Assembly (NCBI GenBank): GCA_951406725.2
Contig: OX597821.1
Location: forward strand, 14,074,001-14,138,000
DNA from: Octopus vulgaris
Taxonomy: Eukaryota
Reading direction: 5' to 3'
DNA: 64,000 nucleotides
A program made the translations under genes and the position numbers. The stretch's first letter is position 1; every line of letters begins with the position of its first letter. This document shows, one piece after another, positions 1-12,567 of the stretch. Below the pieces are notes generated by a model. The model worked only from the letters and a program-made list of their open reading frames with translations. It had not been told where the DNA came from and did no database searches.

Positions 1-164
1 TATATATATATATATATAAAAATTAATTAAGGGTAGAAATTGATATTTATCAATTAAGACCAGTGGTCTATATATTAAAAAGAATCCGAAGATTAAAATA
101 TTTATATATACCTTAAATATATATATATATATATATGATATATATATATAAATGATGATGATGA

Positions 165-221
<57 letters not shown>

Positions 222-324
222 TCAGGGTGAATACTTGATAATTGTAAGCACCTGTATATGACATTTAGTGGTGTAGGTGATAGAGTATATTTATCAAAAT
301 AAAAACATGATGCAAAGGATTTAG

Positions 325-409
325 CGGTACATATGTTTCGGGCCTTTATTAGACGGTTTATAACAATGCATAATTGATGTAAATGTGTGTCTATAGCCTT
401 CTTCAGCCG
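325..409 (-). ncRNA. Type I hammerhead ribozyme motif with extended (60 nt) stem II, in a Penelope-like end
   Basis: Minus strand reads CGG-CUGAAGA-AGGCUAUAGAC..GUCUAAUAAAGGCCC-GAAAC-AUAU-GUA-CCG: core CUGANGA/GAAA, palindromic stem III ACAUAUGU, GUA cleavage triplet, stem I CGG/CCG (3 bp only); first stem II pair is an A-C mismatch. Confidence 0.65.
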
Positions 410-547
410 TGTACAATTATTACTTCAAGGACATGTATTACATTATAAGTTTTACATTGGGGATGCAAATCCTCATAGTCGCGTACGACAGAGCAAGGCA
501 CCAAAACAAAATCAAAGCGTCCATCCCGTTTTTGACTCGATGTAATT

Positions 548-875
548 GGAATTTTTGAAAAGTAAAAATTTTGCATTATGTAGCTTGTTATTCTCTTTAA
601 GTGAACATTTTTCTGGTCGAAATACACCGAAAAATGTTGACACAGCAGTAAAAAAATCGTAAAAAATAAGGATTTTCATAGAAAAAAAAAAAGCACCTTT
701 TTGATGTATGTAATTTTTGGTGTTAACATGGTCTGATTCGAAGTTTTTCTTCTACGGAAGGAAGAGAAGCCTTCTTCTATCATGCTCTCAATTTTGGTCA
801 ACTTGTGCCGCAGGGTCTCAGAGGAGATAGTGTTAGTTGAAGGCTACCAAACGTGCCGTACATAGACAACTTCAG

Positions 876-880
<5 letters not shown>
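548..880 (-). mobile_element. Non-autonomous Helitron, family 2, lacking its 3' end
   Basis: Closely matches 36925-37257, which has Helitron termini; ends in ...acaacttcagctttatata. Confidence 0.65.
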
Positions 881-916
<36 letters not shown>

Positions 917-922
<6 letters not shown>

Positions 923-1060
923 AAAAAAAGGTTTGAAAATGCAATTTAAACGATGTTTATTTACTTAACCGGTTTCACTCTTTGGTAAACATCGTTTAAA
1001 TTGCATTTTCAAACCTTTTTTTCTTATATAATCCCACTCATGCGATACCCCACAACTCAA

Positions 1061-1066
<6 letters not shown>
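917..1066. repeat. Short fold-back Penelope-like end in (TA)n with a half hammerhead
   Basis: Arms agaaaaaaaggtttgaaaatgcaatttaaacgatgttta / taaacatcgtttaaattgcattttcaaacctttttttct; the loop holds GAAAC-CG-GUU on the minus strand; flanked by (TA)n. Confidence 0.55.
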
Positions 1067-1099
<33 letters not shown>

Positions 1100-1102
<3 letters not shown>

Positions 1103-1505
1103 GCCAGTATGCTGATGGAGGAGCAATATCGTTATGCAGTGTAAGCATCTTGAAAGAAAAATTGGGCATAAGAAGCATCAGGTGTGGTGTGCAAGAGAGA
1201 CGGCCATGCTGGTGTCACGTAACTGGCACCCATGCCAGTGGCACATAGAAAGCACATTTTGAGTGTTGGGCCACATGGAGGCAATAGCAAATTAGTGAAA
1301 TGCTTGGCATTATGTCATGCTTGAGAAGAAGACCCATCAAGCCAAGTAAAATCACAGTTGTGGCAGATACTGGTGTCACACAAATGGCAACCGTGCCAGA
1401 GGCATGTAAAAGCACCCATTATACTCTCAGAGTGGTTGGCATTAGGAAGGGCATCCAGCCATAGAAACCACGCCAAATCAAACTGGAATCTGGTGCAACC
1501 TTCCA
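1100..1505 (+). mobile_element. Decayed RTE LINE 3' fragment
   Basis: taagaagcatcaggtgtggtgtgcaagagagacg and ggttggcattaggaagggcatccagc match the RTE at 8845-11365 in reverse. Confidence 0.7.
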
Positions 1506-2061
1506 GCACACATACATACCACATCCCCACACGGCTTTGGTCAGCCTGAGGCTACAGTAGAAGACACTTGCCCAAGGCACCATATAGTGGAACTGAACAC
1601 AGAACCTTATGGTTGAGAAGCAAGCTTCTTACCACATAGCCACTGTGAGATTGTTGAAAGTGGAAAGTCCTGTTTGTTCCCAAGGAGTTCTAGCCATCTA
1701 GTTCAGATTTTTAGATGAGGGGCATCAGCACTGTTACATTTAAGTCCACCATCAGAAAAGAATTCAGGTTTACTGTTTAACCGAGGCAAAGTAAAGAAAA
1801 TCAGCCTTCTGTGTCGATATTCTATTGATTATTGACCTATTTATGTAGGACATATTGAATAATATCTTTTATGTAGTGACAAATAAACATAAACACATGA
1901 AGTTTTCTGCTTCTATCTTTTCATTTGCCTTAGTTACCATCTTCGCTGTTGTTGTTGATTGAAAACCACTGATTGGTTGCAGAGCGAATAACCAGCTTTT
2001 TAAAAATATGTGGCATGTCTATGCATGCATGCTTGTATGTATGTATGTATGTATAAATATA

Positions 2062-2134
<73 letters not shown>

Positions 2135-2279
2135 AAAGCAATTAAGATTCAAGTGAGTTCTGTTGAATTCACATGAATGCGGTACTTAACTTAGATGCAC
2201 CAGAAATCTATATGGTGTTAACCATAAGATAATGCGGGGTGATTATAAATAAGAAAAAAGCAACAAGAATGGATCAATA

Positions 2280-2368
2280 TTTCGGTACAATTGTTTCGTA
2301 CGAAGACAGCTTTATTAAGGCTGCAAATATTGCAGTAAATATAAGTGACCCGTATTCATCAGCCGAAA
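2280..2368 (-). ncRNA. Hammerhead ribozyme motif (inverted copy, first stem II pair mutated)
   Basis: Reverse complement of 2778-2866, but with CUGAUGA-AUACG instead of -GUACG. Confidence 0.7.
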
Positions 2369-2777
2369 AAACATCTGAGTTCTCCAAACATCTAAGGGGG
2401 TGATGTTACCCTCCTGAAACATTGGTGATAGTTCTATAAAAATAAGATTTAGGTAACAAATGGACTTCTAAAAGTTCTATTAGTGTTGCACAGTCATATA
2501 ACGGGTTTTAAAAAAGTATTTTAAAAAACCTCTTAGTTATCCAGAAAATGAAAATGAAATTGAAAATGTAAATCCATCCATATTGAAGAAAGTTTGAATT
2601 CTGGAGATATGAGGAGAGGTATCATATTCATCATATCAAAACCCGTTATATGACTGTGCAACACTAAAAGAACTTTCAGAAGTCCATTTGTTACCTAATT
2701 CTTATTTTTATAGAACTATCACCAATGTTTCAGGAGGGTAACATCACCCCTTAGATGTTTGGAGAACTCAGATGTTT

Positions 2778-2866
2778 TTTCGGCTGATGAGTACGGGTCA
2801 CTTATATTTACTGCAATATTTGCAGCCTTAATAAAGCTGTCTTCGTACGAAACAATTGTACCGAAA
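2778..2866 (+). ncRNA. Canonical type I hammerhead ribozyme with 58-nt stem II
   Basis: UUUCGG-CUGAUGA(2784-2790)-GUACG...CGUAC-GAAA(2849-2852)C-AAUU-GUA(2860)-CCGAAA: 6-bp stem I, 5+ bp stem II with an internal CUGCAA/UUGCAG hairpin, palindromic stem III. Confidence 0.85.
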
Positions 2867-2893
2867 TATTGATCCATTCTTGTTGCTTTTTTC

Positions 2894-2937
<44 letters not shown>

Positions 2938-2940
2938 CCA

Positions 2941-3592
2941 CCTTGTGGGTGGATTTGGTAGACAGAACTGAAAGAAGCCTGTCGTATATATGTGTATATA
3001 TATATATATATATGTGTGTATATGTTTGTGTGTCTGTGTTTGTCCACCCAACATTGCTTGACAACCGATGATGATGTGTTCATGTCCCCGTAACTTAGCA
3101 GTTTGGCAAAAGAGACCGATGGAATAAGTACTAGGCTTACAAATAAGTTCTGGGGTCGATTTGCTTGCTCTTTTTCTCTCTTTTACTCTCTTTTACTTGT
3201 TTCAGTCATTTGACTGTAGCCATGCTGGAGCACCACCTTTAGTCAAGCAAATCGACCCCAGGACTTATTTGTAAGCCTAGTACTTATTCTATCGGTCTCT
3301 TTTGCCAAACTGCTAAGTTACGGAGACATGAACACATCATCATCGGTTGTCAAGCAATGTTGGGTGGACAAACACAGACACACAAACATATACACACACA
3401 TACATATATATATATATACACATATATACGACAGGCTTCTTTCAGTTCTGTCTACCAAATCCACCCACAAGGCTTTGGTCAGCTCGAGGCTATACTAGAA
3501 GATATTTGCCCAAGGTGCCATGCTGTGGGAATGAACCTGGAACCATGTGGTTGGTAAGCAAGCTATTTACCAGACAGCCACTCCTGCACCTA
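2941..3592. mobile_element. tRNA-derived SINE family A (3175-3592, minus) plus an inverted partial self-copy (2941-3167)
   Basis: Family A head caggagtggctgt.tggtaa and tail gtaaaagag; both arms share private variants. Confidence 0.8.
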
Positions 3593-3593
3593 T

Positions 3594-3641
<48 letters not shown>

Positions 3642-3664
3642 ATATATATATATATATATATATA

Positions 3665-4050
3665 CTAAACAAACATACTAAACAAATATTGCATAAAAAA
3701 CAGTAGACAACAAGACAAAAGACTAAAGAAACAACTAACAAGAGTGAAATTATCATCAGAAACTAAAACTGAAATCTTTGTAAAAGAGTGTGGAGATGGT
3801 AGATGTGGGATCTGCAGTAACGCTACCTACAAATACATAGAGGGAGACGAAGAAATGAAATTTAAAAGAGGTCACATATTCAAAATAAATGCAGATATGA
3901 ACTGTAAGATGCAGAACGTAATATACTACATAACCTGCCCCACGTGCAAAGAGGATTACATAGGTGAAACTGGAAATTCTTTATGCCAACGAGCCAGAAT
4001 TCACCAACAACATGTCTGACAGGAGGAACTGCGCAAGATACCTAATAGCA
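3665..4050 (+). pseudogene. Penelope-like element GIY-YIG endonuclease fragment preceded by a Cys knuckle
   Basis: ORF 3744-4019: CGDGRCGIC...NCKMQNVIYYITCPTCKEDYIGETGNSLCQRARIH (VIY..YIG..R..H). Confidence 0.85.
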
Positions 4051-5084
4051 ACATTATCTATTTTTAGGGCACACAGGCTTAGCTTACTGGGTTTTAAAGG
4101 TTTTATTTGTCATAGTTTTCAATAGACTGGATATTTTACTGTCTTTATTATGTTGGTGTAGTAAAAAAAGATTAAAATACTCATGAATTGGAATCATAAT
4201 CATTCTAGATTATGTTAGCCAGGAAGTCCATCTACCTGAGAAAAACATGTTCCTCAAGAACACACTTTAACCTTAGTCATGGTTCAGCAGAGAAAAGACC
4301 AAGGTATACTGAATATTCATCCAATTGTGAAGGGAAAACCTTTGAAAGAGAGACAGAATAAGACAGGGATCAGGAGAAGCTATTTACACACACACACACA
4401 CACACACACACGCATGCACGTTTGTGTGTTTGTGTGTGTGTATGTGTATATATATGTAGAAAAGTATATATAATCTGTGTGTGTATGCATGTATATATAT
4501 ATATATATATATACACACACATGCACACTCACACACACATCTTATATATATTTGACTGTAGGCAAGGATTATGTTGTTATAGATTTATCTGTGTATAAAT
4601 ACAAGCCTCCGTGTTGTTTCATGAAGATATGAAATCATGTTTTGCCATGTGAATCAGACCACATATTACGTAGATTGCTAAGCATGCCAGTTATTGTCTG
4701 CTGCTATAGATACTACAAAGCTGTATTGCCTAATGCCATTTGATAAAATAAACAGATGCTATTCAGCATATCCTTGGTATTACATTAACAAATAAGATTC
4801 CATTTTAGAATATAACAAACCAACCACCTAGATATTTACACAGTTCTTTTTAATATTTATTTTTATTTTTATATAATTGATTGGTCATTTCTAATGTTAA
4901 CAGAATTCATTTTGCTAATTAAACATGTCAAATTTATTTTGGTTATATTAATACTCCATCTGTGTTTTGTGAAAGACAATCTAATAGTCTGAATTGATTT
5001 ATGCTGGGCAAAAACTTGTTTCATTTTTAATCACTTCTTCTGTGTAAATATGAAGAAATAGTTTTGTTTATCTTTATTTTTATC

Positions 5085-5115
<31 letters not shown>

Positions 5116-5862
5116 TTTTTTTTTTTTATAGAAATTATATTTCATTTTGTCCTAGGCAAGACATTAAACTGCATTCAGTGATGAGGTCCAATTTTAGAAG
5201 TTTTGGGGAGTGCAGGCTTGCCCTTAAGTTACCAATTATCCCAGGTCTACTCTGGCCCTGAATGGTCTTACCTATCAAGAGCCCAGTTATAAATCAAATA
5301 GTATAAAATGGTCCTCTAGTTAAGGCATAAAGGACTCAGATTAGAGCTGGCTCTTAGACATATATCACACTGGCCCACCGATATATGGACATGCCCTGAT
5401 GTTGCACAAAGCGGTCCTCCAGTCAAAATTTTAAATAGGGCCTGTACTTTGAGGATAAGCTTGGGAGAGTAGAAAACTAACAGAGTAAACAGTAACTAAA
5501 CTGGCCGAAGAGAACCGGAAAGCACTGCTGTATCTTTCCTAAGACAAGTCAGGAATCTTCAGATTTTGGCAAAGAGGTTTAAGATTGTTGACACCTGTAG
5601 GCATGGCACATGAAAAGAGAGAAATATTTCTACTTGATTTTGGTTAAAAAAAAACAGCAGAAAAAAAAATATTTGTAATTCATAGCTGAAACTCCTCATA
5701 AGCTCTTATGATCTTTTACCACTGATATGTTTCTATTATACGAAATTGATACCAATGCTGGTGCCACATAAAAGAGCACTCATACTGGTGTCACTTCAAA
5801 GCACTGGTGCCACTTGAAAGCACTGGTGCCACATAAAAAGGCAGCCAGTACCCTCTGTGTGA

Positions 5863-6110
5863 AGGTGCATGGCTTAATGGTTAAGGTATTCAGCTTGTGA
5901 TTGCAAAGTCATGAGTTCAATTCTCAGTGACGCATCATGTCCTTGAGCAAGACATTTTATTTCACATTGTTCCAGTTCATTCAGCTGGCAAAAGTGTGTA
6001 GCACCTGTACTTCAAAGGGCCAACCTTGTCACATTCTGTGTCCCGCTGAATCTCCTTGAGAACTACATTAAGGGTACACGTGTCTGTGGAGTGCTCAGCC
6101 ACATGCACAT
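5863..6110 (+). mobile_element. tRNA-derived SINE family C fragment nested in an RTE 3' end (5750-6260)
   Basis: tggcttaatggttaagg..gagttcaattc A/B-box-like head; body is the reverse complement of part of 35030-35390. Confidence 0.65.
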
Positions 6111-6574
6111 TTCAGGGTGGTGTTAGGAAGGCCATCCAGCTTTAGAAACCATACCAGAACAGACAATGGAGCCTGGTGTAGCCCCTTGGCCATCCCAGCT
6201 CAAGTCAAACTGTCCAACCCATGCCAGCATGGAAAACATGTTAAATGATGATGATGATGAACTTAGAGTGCATCTATTATGCATGTGCATTTTTTATGCC
6301 ATCAAATATGGCACTTCAAGGCATTTTGCCCAACACAAACAATTCTGCCAATCTCCCGCAGTATAATTTCTCATTTCAGTACAAAGCCAACAGTTTTCTA
6401 AAAAGTTAATCAGTTACATTGACCCAAGTTCATGACTGGTATTTATTTTATTAACCCTATAAGAATGACAAGTAAAGTTGATCTTGTTGAGATATGAACT
6501 TAGAAGATATAGACATGGAACAAGGCATTTGCTCCAATGATTCCATAAACATACTACCCTTCGTAATAATAATA

Positions 6575-6806
6575 ATCCTTTCTACTATAGGCACAAGGCC
6601 AGAAATTTTGGGGAGGGAGACTAATTGATTACATTGACCCCAATACTCAGCTGGTACTTATTTTATCGACCCTGAAAGGATGAAAGGTAGAGTTGACCTT
6701 GGCGAAATTTGAACTGAGAATGTAAGGACAAATGAAATACCGCTAAGCATTTTGCCCGGTGTGCTAACAATTCTGCCAGCTCACCACCTACATAATAATA
6801 ATAATA

Positions 6807-6864
<58 letters not shown>

Positions 6865-6896
6865 TGATAATAGTAGTAATAATAATAATGATGATG

Positions 6897-6945
<49 letters not shown>

Positions 6946-7154
6946 TAATAACAGCAACAGTAATAACAATAATAGTTTCAAATTTTGGTACAAGGTCTGA
7001 TATTTTGGGAGAAGGGGCTAGTCAATTATATCAACCCCAGTACTCAACTGGTACTTACTTTATTGACCTCAAAACGAAGGCAAAGGCAGTCTGAGTGGAA
7101 TTTGAACTCAGAACGTAAATCTGGAAGAAATACCATTAAACATTTGTCCAACTC

Positions 7155-7206
<52 letters not shown>

Positions 7207-7219
7207 TTAGTAGTAGTAA

Positions 7220-7257
<38 letters not shown>

Positions 7258-7490
7258 ATAGTAGTAGTAGTAGTAAATGGTTTCAAATTTTTCCACAGGG
7301 GCAGCAATATGGGGAGGTGATGAGTCGATTATATCAACCCCAGTACTCAACTCCTACTTACCGACCCTGAAAGGATGAAAGGCAAAGTTGACTTCCATAG
7401 AATTTGAACTCAGAATGTAGTGACAGGCGAAGTGTCACTAAGTGTTTTTGCCAGCATGCTAATGATTCTGCTAGCTTGCTGCCTTCATTG
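6575..7490 (-). mobile_element. Cluster of SINE family B copies separated by (AAT)/(GAT)/(TAG) microsatellites
   Basis: Repeated gtacttattttatcgaccctgaaaggatgaaaggcaaagttgacctt..gaatttgaactcag motif (resembles the Nin/Deu SINE domain). Confidence 0.75.
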
Positions 7491-7527
<37 letters not shown>

Positions 7528-7529
<2 letters not shown>

Positions 7530-7693
7530 GGCATAGGAGTGGCTGTGTGGTAGTAGCTTGCTTACAAACCACTTGGTTCTGGGTTCAGTCCCACTGCATG
7601 GCACCTTGGGCAAGTGTCTTCTACTATAGCCTTGGGCCAACCAAAGCCTTGTGAGTGGATTTGGTAGACTGAAACTGAAAGAAGCCTGTTGTA

Positions 7694-7736
<43 letters not shown>

Positions 7737-7893
7737 ATTGGCGAATTAATTTCAATTATCCGCACCAACGCACGGTTGCAACACCATATGGTTGTACCTC
7801 CAACCGTGCTGTTTACTGCTGTGATTTTTGCTACTAAGGTATCGGTTAAACTTTGATTAATCTACTACAAGATTATTCATCTTTCTATTTCAC

Positions 7894-7931
<38 letters not shown>

Positions 7932-8172
7932 GTATGTATGTGTGTGTACATGTTTGTGTGACTGTGTTTGTCCCCCAACATCGCTTGACAACCGATGCTG
8001 GTGTGTTTACGTCCCTGTAACTTAGCAGTTCGGCAAAAGAGACCGATAGAATAAGTACTGGGCTTACAAAGAATAAGTCCTGGGGTCGATTTGCTTGAGT
8101 AAAGGCAGTGCTCCAGCATGGCCACAGAGAAATGATTGAAACAAGTAAAAGAGAGTAAAAGAATGAAAGAGT
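7528..8172 (+). mobile_element. SINE family A with a ~165-bp unrelated insert (7729-7895) in its internal TA tract
   Basis: Head aggcataggagtggctgtgtgg, tail gaaacaagtaaaagagagtaaaag. Confidence 0.8.
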
Positions 8173-8176
8173 AATA

Positions 8177-8214
<38 letters not shown>

Positions 8215-8571
8215 AGAAATACAAAAAATAGAGCAAGCAAATGTTGCCCTGCCATAAACAAATAAGCCAGTAGTACTTGTGTATTCAAGGCTAAAACTTA
8301 ACGGATAAAATAGCAGCAACAACAAATAATGGAAACTAATTTATCACAGACTTAGTGAAACCAACTAATCTATGCTGTGGATAGCACATTAGTCATGAAA
8401 GAAAGTGGACTCCATCTCAAAGAAACTGAACATTGTATTAGCACATCAATAGCTAAACAAAGTGTGAAAAGAACACCACAGCACGCACACAAACACACAC
8501 ACACACACACACACGTATGCATGTATGTATGTATGTATATGATATATATATAGTATCTACATGTGTGTATA

Positions 8572-8801
8572 TATTGGGTTGTCTGTAAAGTTCGTGCCGA
8601 TTTATAGTAGCTTACCTTTCGACTTACTCTCCCAGGCACCTCAATTCTGGGAAGAGGGTATTTTCAAGTTAAAAGGAAAGATGGAAACGCATTGTGCAAC
8701 AAGATGATTCATATTTGGCTAATTAAAAATGTAATGGCAAGTATTTATTGACCTTTTTCTTTCCTTTAAAAATCAGCACAAACTTTCCGGACAACTCAAT
8801 A
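8572..8801. mobile_element. Mariner-type MITE with TA target duplication
   Basis: TIRs TA-ttgggttgtctgtaaagttcgtgccgattt / aaatcagcacaaactttccggacaactcaa-TA. Confidence 0.75.
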
Positions 8802-8844
8802 GATATATATATACATACATATTATACACACACACTCATGTATG

Positions 8845-11365
8845 TCATCATCATCATCATCATCATCGTTTAGCATCTGCTTTCCATGCTGGCATGGGTT
8901 GGACGGTTCAACTGGGGTCTGGGAAGCCAGGAGGCTGCACCAGGCCCAGTCTGATCCGGCAATGTTTCTACGGCTGCATGCCCTTCCTAACGCCAACCAC
9001 TCCATGAGTGTAGTGGGTGCTTTTTACGTGCCAGACAAGGCTGACAAACGGTCACGATTGGATGGTACTTTTTACGTGCCACCGGCACGGAGGCCAGGCG
9101 AGGCTGGCAATGGCCACGATTGGATCGAGCTTTTTTTGTGCCACCGGCACGGAGGCCAGTCAGGGTGGCGCTGGCAATGGCCACGATCAGATGGTTCTCT
9201 TATGTGCCACCGGCACTGGTGTCACAGCTACAATTTCCATTGATGTTGATCGATTTTGATTTTGATTTTGGTTTTCACTTGCCTCAACAGGTCTTCACAA
9301 GTAGAGTTTTGTGTCCCAAGAAGGAAAGGAATGGATAAGTGGACTGAGGCCATTGGTAATGGTCTCACTTGTCCTGCCGGGTTTTCTCACGCACAGCATA
9401 CTTCCAAAGGTCTTGGTCGCTAGTCATTTCCTCGGTGAGACCTAAAGTTAGAAGATCATGCTTCACCACCTCGTCCCAGGTTTTCCTGGGTCTACCTCTT
9501 CCACAGGTTCCCTCAACCGCTAAGGTGTGGCACCCTTTCACACAACTATCTTCATCCAGTCTCACCACATGACCATACCAGCGCAAACGTCTCTCTTGTA
9601 CACCACAACTGATGCTTCTTAGGTCCAACTTTTTCTCTCAAGGTACTTACACTCTGTCGAGTATGAACACTGACATTACACATCCATCGGAGCATACAGG
9701 CTTCATTTCTTGCGAGCTTACACATATCCTCAGCAGTCACGGCCCATGTTTCACTGCCATGTAGCATAGCTGTTCGTACACATGCGTCATACAGTCTGCC
9801 TTTTACTCTGAGAGAGAGGCCTTTTGTCCCTAGCAGGGGTAAGAGCTCTCTGAACTTTGCCCAGGTTATTCTTACTCTAGCAGTTTCACTTTCAACACAC
9901 CCGCTCCTGCTACTGACTTGGTCACCTAGGTAATGGAAGCTATCAACTATTTCTAGTTTTTCTCCCTGGAATGTGGTGGAAGTTGGTCTCTGTGCATTTT
10001 CAGTGTTTATTGCTCCTGAGCATCTGCTACATACAAAAACTATCTTCCTAGTTAGCCTTCCCTTGACGTTGCTGCACCTCTTATGTGTCCATAGCTTACA
10101 CTTGGTGCAGCTTATAGAGTTTCTACCTACGCCTTTTCTGCAGATCGAGCAGGGCCATCTACCTGAAGGCGTTTGTGACTTGTCTACCTTCCTACTTATT
10201 AGGACTTTGGTTTTAGCTAGGTTGACTCTAAGGCCCTTCGATTCTAATCCTTGCTTCCACACCTGAACTTCTCCTCCAGTACTGATAGTGACTCAGCAAT
10301 TAGAGCAAGGTCATCAGCGTAGAGGAGCTCCCAGGGGCATCCTGTCTTGAATTCCTCTGTTATTGCCTGGAGGACTGAACCTTGGTGGACTCCTACCTCT
10401 ACCCGGAATTCTTCACTGTACTTGTTGCCAACCCTCACCTTACTAGCAGCGTCCCTGTACATGGCTTGCACAGCTCTCACTAACCATTCATCTATCCCTA
10501 GTTTCCTCATTGACCACCAGATAAGGATCGGGGGACCCTGTCAAAGGCTTTCTCCATGTCAACGAAAGCCAGTTACAGGGGCTTATCTTTAGCTAGATAT
10601 TTCTCCTGCAGCTGTCTTACCAGGAATATGGCATCAGTGGTGCTTTTCCCTGGCATGAACTCAAACTGCATCTCATCTAGACTAACTCTCCCTCTAATTA
10701 GTTGGGCTATGACCCTCTCTGTAACCTTCATTACCTGATCCAACAGTTTAATACCTCTGTAATTATTAGTATCTAAGGCGTCACCTTTACCTTTGTAGCA
10801 GTTGACTATTATGCTGCTACACCAGTCATTGTGTATGACTCCTTCGTGTATCACCTGGTTAACTATACGGGCGACTAGGCTATAGCCGACACTACCAGAC
10901 ATTTTGAGCATCTCTGTGAAGCTATATCCCCTTCTACTTCGTCAAAGCCTTCAAGTAATATGTCCCTAAATCTCTGTCCATTTGCAGGATCTTTAAGCTT
11001 CCAGATCCTTCTTCTCCATGTTGGTCGTCTTCTGGTCGTCCTCTTACTACTGATCCTAAAGTCACTAACTACTAGTCTATGTTGTGGGGTACATTCTTCA
11101 CCTGGGAAGGTTTTGGCATTTATAAGCAGCCATCTTTCCCTTTTCCTGGCAAGGATGTAGTCAATTTGGCTAGTATGTTGACCCAATCGGTAGGTGACTA
11201 GGTGGCTGGTAGGTTTCCTGAAGTTAGTGTTGCAAACCATAAGATCATTTGCATCGCAGAACTCCAGCAGCCTGGTTCACTCCTCATTGCAGGAACCATA
11301 ACCATAGCCTCCATGTACACCATGGAAGCCCCCAGCATGTTTTCCAACATGCCACAAAGAGAAGG
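8845..11365 (-). mobile_element. RTE-clade LINE, 5'-truncated, internally deleted and frameshifted; 3' UTR ends in (GAT)n
   Basis: APE C-terminus (SQIDYIL..QHRLVVSDF), RT motifs (NYRGIKLL, GVHQGSVL, LLYADDL), Cys-rich finger, RLRWYGHV..GRGRPRKTW. Confidence 0.92.
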
Positions 11366-11537
11366 TCTCTCATGTATATATATATTTATATATATATATT
11401 CATACATGTATATATACACATACATAATATGCATATAATATGTATTTTCATTATATATTACATGCGTATATACATACATACATAATACATAATACACACA
11501 CACATGTATGTATGTATATATGTATTTAAACACATAT

Positions 11538-11568
<31 letters not shown>

Positions 11569-11773
11569 CACATATACACACACACACACACACATATATA
11601 TATGGAAGTATATATAATATCTATAAGTGTGTATATAGATATATATACATACATACTATACACACACATGTATATATATATATATATATATATTCATACA
11701 TACAAACATGTATATATACACATACATAATTTGCATATAATACGTATTTTCATTATATATTATATGCGTATAT

Positions 11774-11806
<33 letters not shown>

Positions 11807-11836
11807 TATATAGAGAGAGAGAGTGTGTATGCATAT

Positions 11837-11909
<73 letters not shown>

Positions 11910-12453
11910 AGAAAGAACAAGTGATTACCCTAATATGGTCGATAAACATGGCTGCAAATAAGAAATTTTAAAAAATAGATAAATACTACAAAATAAAATA
12001 TAACAAAATGTATTTGAAATCATAACATCTAAAGCATCCTTGCTAAACCATAAAAAATCTGCTCTTCTGAAACACGGCCATTTTTCTTTATTTTTATTCT
12101 CATTTAACTAGACACACACTCAGTGTGTTACTGTGGGGTATGGCCATGCTGGAGCATTGTCCCATGACTAAATATATTCTCACAGAATATTGGATATAAA
12201 GGACACTGCTTGAATGACAGTGACACTTGTTTACAGGTACCATATATTCTTTTCTACTCTAGGAACAAGGCTCAAAATTTTTTGGGAGGGGCCAGTTGAT
12301 TAGATCAACCCCAGTATGCAACTGGTACTTAATTTATCGACTCCGAAGGGATGAAAGGCAAAGTCAACCTTGGCGGAAATTGAACTCAGAATGCAAAGAC
12401 AGATGAAACAGTTAACATATATTGCTAAGTCAAGGAAACAGTGACAAACATTC

Positions 12454-12491
<38 letters not shown>

Positions 12492-12519
12492 ATGTACAGA
12501 TAAACATATATGTATACAT

Positions 12520-12567
<48 letters not shown>

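Larger units (their letters stand above)
2132..2902. mobile_element. Fold-back Penelope-like terminal repeat (inverted pLTR pair) inserted in (TA)n
   Basis: Near-identical inverted arms ~2244-2508 and ~2638-2902, ~130-bp spacer, one arm extended by a tail 2132-2243; each arm carries a hammerhead motif. Confidence 0.75.

Noticed and set aside
2719-3054. ORF containing MDQYFGTIVSYEDSF...
   Set aside because: It spans a SINE, a TA tract and the antisense of the hammerhead arm; not a credible protein.
11385-11810. Direct duplication of ~100 bp within microsatellite (also 12455-12630)
   Set aside because: Ordinary slippage duplication in low-complexity DNA.
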